From a virus (taxonomy: Duplodnaviria > Caudoviricetes), in IMG/VR virus record IMGVR_UViG_3300010289_000001, positions 1 to 57,705 of that record: a DNA stretch of 57,705 nt, one strand, 5' to 3'. The translations under genes and the position numbers were made by a program. Every line of letters begins with the position of its first letter. Positions within the stretch are counted from its first letter, which is position 1. Positions 1 through 8,511 of this stretch are shown piece after piece. Under the pieces are notes generated by a model. That model was not told where the DNA came from. It did no database searches and was given only the letters and a program-made list of their open reading frames with translations.

Positions 1-1124
1 CCCTTGAAGATTGTGAAGTAGAAGGAGCAAGTAAAACTAGGGATAAATTATTTTCTAGTAATGATTTAAAACAACAATTAATTGCGGTTTCTGATACTAA
101 GATAGTTGAGGATTTAAGAAAAACATTCAAATATGCAAAAACAATTGACTCGGGCGCCAGAGGATCATGGGATCAGGTTAAACAACTAATTTTAACTAGA
201 GGTTTTATTTCGAATTTTGATGGCGAGATTCTTCCTCTTCCAATCAAGCACTCATTATTGGAAGGATTAAGTCCAGAAGAATTTTTCTATTCGACTTATG
301 GTTGTAGAAAAGGTCTTCTAGATGTCGCTTTAAATACCGGCGTATCAGGGTATCTTTCGAGAAAACTAATATTCACATGTGCTAATTTGCAGATTGATGA
401 CATAGAAGATTGCGGAACAAGTGATCTATTAGAAGTAAATGTTACCAGCGTCAGAAAAGCAAAAATGTTAGTTAATAGATATATGGAAAAAGACAAGAAA
501 TTAGTATTGATTACTCCAGAAAATTGCTTATCAAATGTTGGAAAGAAAATTTACATCAGAAGTCCAATTCTATGCAAAAATCCAAAAATTTGTCGTAAAT
601 GTTATGGCGATCTATATAAGAGTTTGAACAGTAGATTTATTGGAATTATTGCAGCTCAAACACTAGGTGAGAGAGGTACTCAATTAGTTTTAAGAACTTT
701 CCATACGTCTGGAGCAGCTGTTATTAAAGGTCAAACTGATAAAGATTCAACTATAATGAAACAGAAAGATATCATCGGAGATCTTTCAGCAGTATCAGAA
801 CTTCTACATAAATTTAAGGGAAGAGATTATGTTGATATTGTTTCAAATCTATTTGAAGTATATGATAAAGATATTTATCATGTTCATTTTGAATGTGTTG
901 TCGCTCAATTGATGTGGAAAAATTATAAGAAATGGAGATTGATACCAGATAGAGATAAAGTTAGTCCAGATTATTTTTCAATTCAGTCTGTCCCGAATCA
1001 AGAAAGTTGGATCTTGGCTATGGCGTTTTCAAATCCTAAAAGAGCCATTCTCCAAGGAATTCTTTATGAAGGAAGATATTCTGGAATAATGGATAAAATT
1101 TTAAAGGGAGAAAAAATACTATAA
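1..1124 (+). CDS. rpoC: Multisubunit RNA polymerase beta' subunit, C-terminal part (5'-truncated by window edge)
   Basis: Frame is open from base 3 (…DSGARGSWDQ…). Bridge helix GCRKGLLDVALNTGVSGYLSRKL, Zn site RSPILC…CRKCYG, trigger loop AAQTLGERGTQLVLRTFH, C-terminal ESWILAMAFSNP. Confidence 0.95.
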   Translation, partial: LEDCEVEGASKTRDKLFSSNDLKQQLIAVSDTKIVEDLRKTFKYAKTIDSGARGSWDQVKQLILTRGFISNFDGEILPLPIKHSLLEGLSPEEFFYSTYGCRKGLLDVALNTGVSGYLSRKLIFTCANLQIDDIEDCGTSDLLEVNVTSVRKAKMLVNRYMEKDKKLVLITPENCLSNVGKKIYIRSPILCKNPKICRKCYGDLYKSLNSRFIGIIAAQTLGERGTQLVLRTFHTSGAAVIKGQTDKDSTIMKQKDIIGDLSAVSELLHKFKGRDYVDIVSNLFEVYDKDIYHVHFECVVAQLMWKNYKKWRLIPDRDKVSPDYFSIQSVPNQESWILAMAFSNPKRAILQGILYEGRYSGIMDKILKGEKIL

Positions 1125-2038
1125 TGTTATGTAATTATGGATGTGGGCAAGAGGCTAAATATCAACTAAAAAATAAAAAATGGTGTTGTAATAAAAATAT
1201 AGCTTCTTGCCCATTTATAAGAAAAAAAATAAGTAATTCGAATAAAAATAAAGTAAAAAGTAAAAAATGGAAAAAGAATATTAGTGATAAAAGTAAAGGA
1301 AGAATACCATGGAATAAAAATAAAAATGATTACCTAACCGATGAAATAAGAGAAAAAATGGGAATTAAAAATAAAGGTAAAATTCCATGGAATAAAGGTA
1401 AAAAAAATCCATATGAAAAACAAACTATAGAAAAAATGATAGAAAAAGCCAAAGTTAGAACTGGCAATATATCATCTAATTGGAAGGGAGGTTATTATTC
1501 AAAAAATATTCCTATTTATGATAAATATATTAGAGAACTTCATAATATAGAACAATGTAGAAGAAATAAAGATGACAATAAAGTTTTAGATATTAAATGT
1601 GCATATTGTGGAAAATGGTTTACTCCTACTATAAGTCAAATATATGAAAGAATAAGATCTATTTTTGGGAAACAAGTTGGAGAACAAAGATTATACTGTT
1701 CGGAACAGTGTAAAAAAGAATGCCCTATTTACAGACAGAAAAAATATCCAAAAGACTTTAAAGTTTCAACATCAAGAGAAGTACAAGCTGATCTTAGACA
1801 ATTAAGATTTGAAAAAGATAATTATACTTGTCAAAAATGTTTTAAACATAAAGATGAGTTAGAAGTAGCTTTGCATTGTCATCATCTAGAAGGAATAAAA
1901 TGGGAACCTTTTGAAAGTGCTGATGTTGACAAAGTGTTAACGGTATGTAAAACTTGTCATTTAGAAATTCATAAAAAAGAAGACTGTAAATATAATGACT
2001 TGAGGTGTACTAATGAGAAATCCCCAAAGAATAGATAA
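1124..2038 (+). CDS. Free-standing HNH homing endonuclease with NUMOD3-like repeats
   Basis: Repeated KGxIPWNK motifs, CxxC pairs, C-terminal DNYTCQKC…HCHH…LTVCKTCHLEIH HNH signature. Confidence 0.85.
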   Translation: MLCNYGCGQEAKYQLKNKKWCCNKNIASCPFIRKKISNSNKNKVKSKKWKKNISDKSKGRIPWNKNKNDYLTDEIREKMGIKNKGKIPWNKGKKNPYEKQTIEKMIEKAKVRTGNISSNWKGGYYSKNIPIYDKYIRELHNIEQCRRNKDDNKVLDIKCAYCGKWFTPTISQIYERIRSIFGKQVGEQRLYCSEQCKKECPIYRQKKYPKDFKVSTSREVQADLRQLRFEKDNYTCQKCFKHKDELEVALHCHHLEGIKWEPFESADVDKVLTVCKTCHLEIHKKEDCKYNDLRCTNEKSPKNR

Positions 2039-2222
2039 AGTTTTAGCTAAAATAAGAGATGTCTGGAAAACCAATCCAGACCTCCGGTTACTCCAGCTTT
2101 TGCTAAATGCATTACCAAAAGATAGTATGGCATATTATCTTGAAGATGATGAACTTTTGAAACTTCTTGATGCACGGTATTATGACCAAAAAGCATTGAG
2201 TCACAAGGGAGGAAAAACTTGA
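2013..2222 (+). CDS. Small DUF1040/YihD-like protein
   Basis: MRNPQRIDKVL…WKTNPDLRLLQLL pattern; GAGG SD; overlaps both neighbours. Confidence 0.6.
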   Translation: MRNPQRIDKVLAKIRDVWKTNPDLRLLQLLLNALPKDSMAYYLEDDELLKLLDARYYDQKALSHKGGKT

Positions 2223-5221
2223 ACATAATAAATCCAAATTTAAAAATCCAGAATGAAGATTGGAATATCTTCACATTCAGACAAAAAGATTACGACCAAC
2301 TACTTGAAAATGTTAAGCAGATAGTCAAACCTGTAGAGGAAATAGGCTTCCAAATCACAGAAATTGATTTGAAAGATTCTAGATTCTCTTCTGGTGAACT
2401 ATCAAAAACTATTAAACAAACTCTTGTTATAAAGGTAAAGAAAGGTACTCATGAAATTGATTTAAGTATGTTTATCCCAAAATTAATTGACGGAAATTAT
2501 ATTTATATTAATGGTAGAAGGAAAATTCCTCTATTTCAATTATTTGATCTTCCAATTGTTACTAGAGGAGAAACTATAAAATTTAGAAGCAACGTTGCAA
2601 CTATTATGGTTATTAGGGAGAAAGAATTTTCTTGTATCCATATGGCATTTCTTAGTAAAAAAGTGCCAATGTCTTTAGTATTGCTTGCGTATTATGGAGT
2701 TGATGAGTGTATTAAAAAATTTAATTTAAATAGTAAAATTGATAAAAATAGCGAAAATCTTTATGAGTTATTAAGAAATGATCTTAAACTATATATTGAA
2801 GAATCAAAAGGTTTAACTCAAGACGATTTTATTTTAGAACTAGGCAGAAACTACTCCAAATATGCCGCAAAATCTAAGGGCGAAGATATTATTTATGGTT
2901 TAAGTTTGATTCCAAAAGTTGATATAATGACAGCGAAATATCTAACACAACCAACAGTATTAGATGAGTTAACTGAAGTTTTAAAATTGGGTTATTTAGA
3001 TGATACTCTTTTGACAAATAAAAGAATAAGATGTTTTGAATATATTGTATTAGGAAAAATATCAAAAATAATCTTCGATTTGTGTATGTCTAATAGAACA
3101 GCTAGACAGCCAAAGTTTAATATAAATTCAACCCAGATTTTATCAGAATGTAATGTATCTGATATTGTACAATTTGATTTTTCTATCAATCCTATTCATG
3201 AACTAACAATGTTATCTAGAACAAGTCTTTTGGGACCGGGTGGTTTTAAAAGAGAAAATATTCCAAAACATTTAAGAGATATATGCCCGACAATGTTTGG
3301 AAGAATTTGCCCAGTAGATACTCCTGATAGAGATAATTGCGGGGTTTTACAAAATTTAGTTTCTAATGTAGATTTAGACAAGAATATGAGATTTACAGAT
3401 AAAGTATGTGAGAAACAACCATTTTCTATTCCGGTTTCTATGGTTCCTTTTTTAAAGAATGATGATCAAACAAGATTGCAAATGTCATCGTCACAAATGA
3501 GACAAGCTATTATGTTAAAAGAATTTGACCAACCATTAATAAAATCTGGTTGTGAGAATTTATATACAGATTATACACAATTTATTAAAAGAGCTAAAAA
3601 AGATGGTAAAGTTTTATTTGTAGATAATGATTATATTTTGGTAATGTATGATGATAAAACTCCTGATTTCTTTAATATTAGTTATAGAAAAATTTATGTT
3701 GAGCATTTAGATTTCTTAACAGTATATGTTAAAGAAGGTGATAGATTTAAAGCTGGAGATATCTTAGCAGAAAGTAATTTTTGTAAAAATGGCTCAATAA
3801 ATATTGGCAGAAATTTACTAACAGGAGTGATGGTTTATTATGGAAATAATTATGAGGATGGTATAGTGATATCTGACAGATTATCAAATGAAGATATACT
3901 AACATCCGTAAACTTTAAAGATTTATCATTTACAATAACTCCTGATAAAGTTTTATTATCTCTAGATAAAAATAAGTATAAACCATTGCCAGAGCAATTT
4001 GAAAAAATTAGCGCATTAACTCCTTATGCAATAATGAAAAAAATAAATTCAGAGGAACCAACTGGAGTATTTACAGAACCAATAGTTTTAGATACAAAGA
4101 AGGATCTTTTAATTTCAGAAGTAAATGTATATGCAAATGAGTGGAATGAAGAGATTCCTGAATATTCTGAGTGGGTTAAAAAGAAGATAGAACAACAAAA
4201 GAATAAAGAAGCATATATTCAAAATATTTTAAAGGAATATTATTCAAAAGATGAAGCTCTTAAAATTATTAGAGAGAATGGGTTGGATAAATTTTCATAT
4301 ACTGGAAAATATAAACAAAAAAGAGAAAAAATATTAGGAATGCATATTGAAATATTTGGTATTCATTTTAGAAAAGTTAAAGTTGGCGATAAGATGGCAA
4401 ATCGTCATGGCAATAAGGGAGTAATTTCTAGAATTGTTCCACATGATAAAATGCCACAATTAGAAGATGGGCGTCATTTAGATATTTGTATTAATCCATT
4501 AGGTATTATTTCTCGTATGAATATTGGTCAATTATATGAACTTCATCTAGCAATGTCAGTTAATGATTTAAAATTAAATATGTTAAATATGTTGAAAAAT
4601 GGTAAAAAACAAGAGGAAATAAAAAAATATCTTTTGGATTATATCAAAATAATTGATAAAACAGAAAATTCCTGGTATTCAAAACAGTTTGAAGAGAAAT
4701 TACCTGAATTAATTGATGAAGATTTTATAAACGAACTCACAATAATTCAAGCACCTTTTGAATCATGTACATTAGATGATGTTCGGAAAGCATTGAAATA
4801 TACCAGATCAAAATTTAAATATAAATTGTTTGATCCACTATCAAAAGAATATTTAATGAATGAAATAGCAGTAGGGTATTTATATTTTTTCAGAATGGTT
4901 CATATTGCAGATGAAAAATTAGCTGCACGAGGTATTGGTGCATATGCAAGAAGAACATTACAACCTCTAGGTGGGAGAAAAAATAAAGGCGGTCAAAGAT
5001 GTGGTGAAATGGAAACTGCATGTTTGATTGCTCATGATGCTCCTAATAATTTATTTGAATTTTTAACCACAAAATCAGATTGTATAGATTTAAAAAATAA
5101 CTATATTAGAAATTTTATCGAAGCTGGTTTGTTTGACCAATCTTTAGAACTAGATACAGTTCCTGAATCTGTAAAATTATTAAATTCATATCTAACAGTA
5201 ATAGGGGTCGATCATAAGTAA
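2219..5221 (+). CDS. rpoB: Multisubunit RNA polymerase beta subunit (compact, bacterial-type)
   Basis: LGPGG…GRICPVDTPD, DDQTRLQMSSSQMRQA, NYEDGI, GDKMANRHGNKGV, NPLGIISRMNIGQ, GGQRCGEME; TTG start with GGAGG SD. Confidence 0.96.
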   Translation: MNIINPNLKIQNEDWNIFTFRQKDYDQLLENVKQIVKPVEEIGFQITEIDLKDSRFSSGELSKTIKQTLVIKVKKGTHEIDLSMFIPKLIDGNYIYINGRRKIPLFQLFDLPIVTRGETIKFRSNVATIMVIREKEFSCIHMAFLSKKVPMSLVLLAYYGVDECIKKFNLNSKIDKNSENLYELLRNDLKLYIEESKGLTQDDFILELGRNYSKYAAKSKGEDIIYGLSLIPKVDIMTAKYLTQPTVLDELTEVLKLGYLDDTLLTNKRIRCFEYIVLGKISKIIFDLCMSNRTARQPKFNINSTQILSECNVSDIVQFDFSINPIHELTMLSRTSLLGPGGFKRENIPKHLRDICPTMFGRICPVDTPDRDNCGVLQNLVSNVDLDKNMRFTDKVCEKQPFSIPVSMVPFLKNDDQTRLQMSSSQMRQAIMLKEFDQPLIKSGCENLYTDYTQFIKRAKKDGKVLFVDNDYILVMYDDKTPDFFNISYRKIYVEHLDFLTVYVKEGDRFKAGDILAESNFCKNGSINIGRNLLTGVMVYYGNNYEDGIVISDRLSNEDILTSVNFKDLSFTITPDKVLLSLDKNKYKPLPEQFEKISALTPYAIMKKINSEEPTGVFTEPIVLDTKKDLLISEVNVYANEWNEEIPEYSEWVKKKIEQQKNKEAYIQNILKEYYSKDEALKIIRENGLDKFSYTGKYKQKREKILGMHIEIFGIHFRKVKVGDKMANRHGNKGVISRIVPHDKMPQLEDGRHLDICINPLGIISRMNIGQLYELHLAMSVNDLKLNMLNMLKNGKKQEEIKKYLLDYIKIIDKTENSWYSKQFEEKLPELIDEDFINELTIIQAPFESCTLDDVRKALKYTRSKFKYKLFDPLSKEYLMNEIAVGYLYFFRMVHIADEKLAARGIGAYARRTLQPLGGRKNKGGQRCGEMETACLIAHDAPNNLFEFLTTKSDCIDLKNNYIRNFIEAGLFDQSLELDTVPESVKLLNSYLTVIGVDHK

Positions 5222-5238
5222 ATCTCAGGAGGTGAAAC

Positions 5239-5523
5239 TTGTTAGAAAATAGAAAGTGTTCCGAGTGTGGGGCAGTTCTAGAATTAAGATTTCAAGTAAG
5301 CGATAGAGATTTTTATATCAAGGACGGAGAATTACTAGAGGATAAAAATACATGGTTTGAACCAACTTTCATAATTCATTGTTCAGAAGATTTTGAGCAC
5401 GATATTGAAAAAAATTTAACTGAAGAACAATCAGATGAATTACTTGAATGGAAGAAAAAAATAGTAGAAGAAGCAATAAAAAAATTCAAGTTAGATGACA
5501 ATTTAGAAATAAGACTGATATGA
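5239..5523 (+). CDS. Hypothetical protein with N-terminal CxxC
   Basis: AGGAGG SD; CSECG motif. Confidence 0.65.
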   Translation: MLENRKCSECGAVLELRFQVSDRDFYIKDGELLEDKNTWFEPTFIIHCSEDFEHDIEKNLTEEQSDELLEWKKKIVEEAIKKFKLDDNLEIRLI

Positions 5524-5532
5524 GGTAATAAA

Positions 5533-6375
5533 ATGAATGATGGCTTGCCTGATATTCAATGTTCTTTACCAGTTTTACAAATCCCAATAAGGCAAGTTGG
5601 TGTTGAGAATATTGAGGTCCCTTTTAGACTAGAATCTAAATATGGTGGGTTTCATCAGCTAAATGCCAATGTTTCGATGAGAACCGATTTAGATGAAAAG
5701 ACGAAAGGGATCTCAATGTCAAGATTATTATTAACTCTCAAACCTTATTTGGATTTGCCATTGAAACATGTACTGATTAAAAAGATTTTAGAAGATTTGA
5801 GAAACAATATTGGAAGTTTATCGAGTTTTATAAAATTTGAATTTAGAATGCCAATAAACAGACATTCAATTTTAAGTAAACACTCATTTCCAATTTATTA
5901 TAAGTGCAGATTTGAAGGCCAACTAGAGCAAAGTTTTAGATTTTATCAAGGAGTTAAAATTCAATATGCATCGTATTGCCCATGTTCTGTAGAGTTGTGC
6001 ACAAATCTATTAGAGAAAAATAGTAAAGGGTACCCTCACAATCAAAGATCATTTGCTGATATTTTAGTTGAAATTAAAGAACCTCATTATGTCTGGTTAG
6101 AAGATATAATAGAATGCGTCGAATCAAAATTAAAAACTCTTCCATACCCAATAATCAAAAGAATAGATGAACAAGAGATAGCAAGAATTGCAGCAGAAAA
6201 TCCAATGTTTGTCGAAGATGCAATTAGATATATTTCTAGTGTACTAGATGAAAGAGAGGACATTGCAGACTGGATAGTTAAATGTGTTCATCAAGAAAGC
6301 ATACATACGTCTGAAGCAATAGCCATAAATTGGAAGGGAATTCCTAATGGCTTTAATGGAAATAGATACCTCTAA
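5533..6375 (+). CDS. folE2: GTP cyclohydrolase IB (FolE2)
   Basis: LPDIQ, IRQVGV, KGISMSR, SYCPCS, PHNQRS, KRIDEQ, NPMFVED, ESIH motifs. Confidence 0.92.
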   Translation: MNDGLPDIQCSLPVLQIPIRQVGVENIEVPFRLESKYGGFHQLNANVSMRTDLDEKTKGISMSRLLLTLKPYLDLPLKHVLIKKILEDLRNNIGSLSSFIKFEFRMPINRHSILSKHSFPIYYKCRFEGQLEQSFRFYQGVKIQYASYCPCSVELCTNLLEKNSKGYPHNQRSFADILVEIKEPHYVWLEDIIECVESKLKTLPYPIIKRIDEQEIARIAAENPMFVEDAIRYISSVLDEREDIADWIVKCVHQESIHTSEAIAINWKGIPNGFNGNRYL

Positions 6376-6588
6376 ACCTTGGTGTATTAAAGAAACTGAT
6401 TTTGAATATATAGCAAGATCAGTAAGATTTCCGTTTGTAGAAATACCAGCAAAATGCCAAATAAAATTAGTTAAAGATTCTGAAAAAAAAATATTACTAG
6501 ATTAGCTTCAATAGTAAAATTTAATAGTTGCTGGAGAAAAGTTCTTACTATATCGTTTAGAATTGTTCTGAAGAATGAGGATACATAA
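6356..6588 (+). pseudogene. Small ORF broken by a frameshift at an A9 run
   Basis: MEIDTSKPWC…KKILLD* (ATG 6356) continues in the -1 frame after A9 (6483-6491) as NITRLAS…NEDT*, whose stop overlaps the next ATG (TAATG). Confidence 0.45.
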
Positions 6589-6944
6589 TGGCAAACAGAA
6601 ATGACATTATAGAACTTTATAAAAAAGAACGAGAATACGAAGAATGCATATTTGGAAATTATTCAGAAATAAAATCATTAAATGTTGCTAGTTTTATTTT
6701 GCTATTGAAGAATTACATAAACAAAATAGAAAAAGCTTATTCCGGTAAGTGGAATAAAGAGTTGCCCCCTTGGTTGTTATCTTGTAGAGAATTTGAAAAT
6801 AACCTAAGTGCTCCAGTTGAAGTTTATGAGCATCTCATAACAATAATGGCATTATCTGGTGCAGCTCTTGAGTCATTTACAAAGTTAGATCCTAATGAGT
6901 GGAGATCTAAACCTGATGTGGACAAAAAGAAATGGGAGGATTAA
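6588..6944 (+). CDS. Hypothetical protein, possibly MazG-like all-alpha nucleotide pyrophosphohydrolase
   Basis: EREYE…FG and HLITIMALSGAALE helices resemble phage MazG-like proteins; weak match. Confidence 0.4.
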   Translation: MANRNDIIELYKKEREYEECIFGNYSEIKSLNVASFILLLKNYINKIEKAYSGKWNKELPPWLLSCREFENNLSAPVEVYEHLITIMALSGAALESFTKLDPNEWRSKPDVDKKKWED

Positions 6945-6950
6945 ACATAA

Positions 6951-7718
6951 ATGAATGAAAATTTAACACAGATGGTTAAAAAAATGGAAACAAAAACATC
7001 CCCTATATTTCCAGTCGATAATGTTGATATTTCAGCAGAAGCAGCTATGAGAGAAGAAGTTCAAAAATCCGAGTCAAAAGAATCTTTTACAGAAATAGGC
7101 ATGGTTATTACAACAACTTCTTTGTCAGAATGGTTTGAGGCAAATGTATCAAGATTCTCTGATATTAGCCAAGTTAAGGTTGCTATAAGAGGAGTTGACC
7201 CAAAGAAAACTCTTATTATGGCAGTTAAAGATGGAAGCGAAGAAAAAGATCAAGATGGAAATGATAAAAGATGCTTAAAAATTTTTGAGGACGCGGATAT
7301 ACACCCAGTTTTAGACGCTCAAGGCGTAGATATGAAAATTTACAATAATGGATTTAGAATTATAAATAATATAAATGGAACAATTTTTACTAAATGTTAT
7401 GGAGTTAGAACGGGGTTGATCATTGTATTTTGTAATATGATTAATAATAAGTTAATTCCTTATGAAATTACAAGAATTAAAAAATCGGATAGAACAGTTG
7501 ATGTCCCTCAAATTGATGTTGCAAAAGTTGTTGAAAAATTAAATAAACCATGCGATAAGGAATCGTTACAAATTTTATATAAGCAAATTGTTAAAAATTT
7601 GGATAAAATAACTACGAACCAAAGTGCAGTTGATTGGTTTATAGAGAAACAAAAAGAAGTTTTTGATATTAACCATCATTTACAAATTGATCAGGTAATT
7701 ATTGATATACTAAAATAA
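6951..7718 (+). CDS. Hypothetical protein
   Basis: 255-aa ORF with GGAGG SD in the operon. Confidence 0.75.
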   Translation: MNENLTQMVKKMETKTSPIFPVDNVDISAEAAMREEVQKSESKESFTEIGMVITTTSLSEWFEANVSRFSDISQVKVAIRGVDPKKTLIMAVKDGSEEKDQDGNDKRCLKIFEDADIHPVLDAQGVDMKIYNNGFRIINNINGTIFTKCYGVRTGLIIVFCNMINNKLIPYEITRIKKSDRTVDVPQIDVAKVVEKLNKPCDKESLQILYKQIVKNLDKITTNQSAVDWFIEKQKEVFDINHHLQIDQVIIDILK

Positions 7719-7728
7719 AAAAAAGGAG

Positions 7729-7760
7729 TGGGTGAGTTTCTAATTGTTGAAACTCACCCA
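7729..7760 (+). promoter_or_regulatory. Perfect 12-bp hairpin between SD and start codon
   Basis: TGGGTGAGTTTC (7729-7740) / GAAACTCACCCA (7749-7760), directly after AAGGAG and 7 nt before ATG 7768. Confidence 0.75.
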
Positions 7761-7767
7761 AATTTTT

Positions 7768-8502
7768 ATGCAAATAAATAAAAACTTAAAGTTAATTTTA
7801 AGAGATGTTTATCTTTTTGATATTGAAGCTTGTCATTATACTATCATGAATAAATTAGGTTTAGATGTTTCAGAAATAAATTATGAAAACAAAATAGAAA
7901 GAAACATAAAAATAGGTAAAATGATGCGTAAAAATCCTAGATTAACATCTCTCTTAAGAAATACAACTCAATCAATAATTACAGAGTATATAAGAGAAAA
8001 TAAAATTACAGAAGATGAACTAGTTATAAGACAATATGATGGTATATTAACAACCAAAATTTTAAAAGTAAATAACATAGGTGGAATTCCGTTTAATCTA
8101 AGAAAACATTTTCTTATTTTTATTATGTCTATTGATAGAAAAAAATATATAGCCATAGATACACATAAAAAAGTAACTATAAAAGGAATTCCATTTAGAA
8201 ATGAAAAAATAGATTCAGTTTATTCACAACTTTGCACAGATGTTTTAAATACAGCATCGAAAAAAATGATTTTTATAAAATTACAAAGAATAAAAGATTA
8301 TATTCTTAGTAGTAACGATCCTATCTTGTTTGGAATTCCTATTAAAGACAACAGAGTAAATGTTTATTTAAAAGGATATGGCGAAATGGTAGTATCGTTT
8401 CAAACCTTAAAAATCATGGATCCAGATGATATTGATAAAGAAAGATACTTTAAATATTATCTAGAACCATTTACAAAGAGTATAGTAATAGAAAACATAT
8501 AG
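7768..8502 (+). CDS. Small family-B DNA polymerase-like palm protein
   Basis: YLFDIEACHYTI (motif A-like), RQYDGI (motif C-like), KKY…TIKG, IDKERY; start reassigned to ATG 7768. Confidence 0.55.
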   Translation: MQINKNLKLILRDVYLFDIEACHYTIMNKLGLDVSEINYENKIERNIKIGKMMRKNPRLTSLLRNTTQSIITEYIRENKITEDELVIRQYDGILTTKILKVNNIGGIPFNLRKHFLIFIMSIDRKKYIAIDTHKKVTIKGIPFRNEKIDSVYSQLCTDVLNTASKKMIFIKLQRIKDYILSSNDPILFGIPIKDNRVNVYLKGYGEMVVSFQTLKIMDPDDIDKERYFKYYLEPFTKSIVIENI

Positions 8503-8511
8503 GAGACTAGT

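Noticed and set aside
1124-2038. HNH as a group I intron or intein in the RNAP
   Set aside because: beta' ends with its normal C-terminal motifs and beta begins with its own SD; no split reading frame.
1-5221. Bacterial chromosome rpoBC locus
   Set aside because: Reversed order, reduced domains, no ribosomal protein genes, and continuous composition with phage structural genes.
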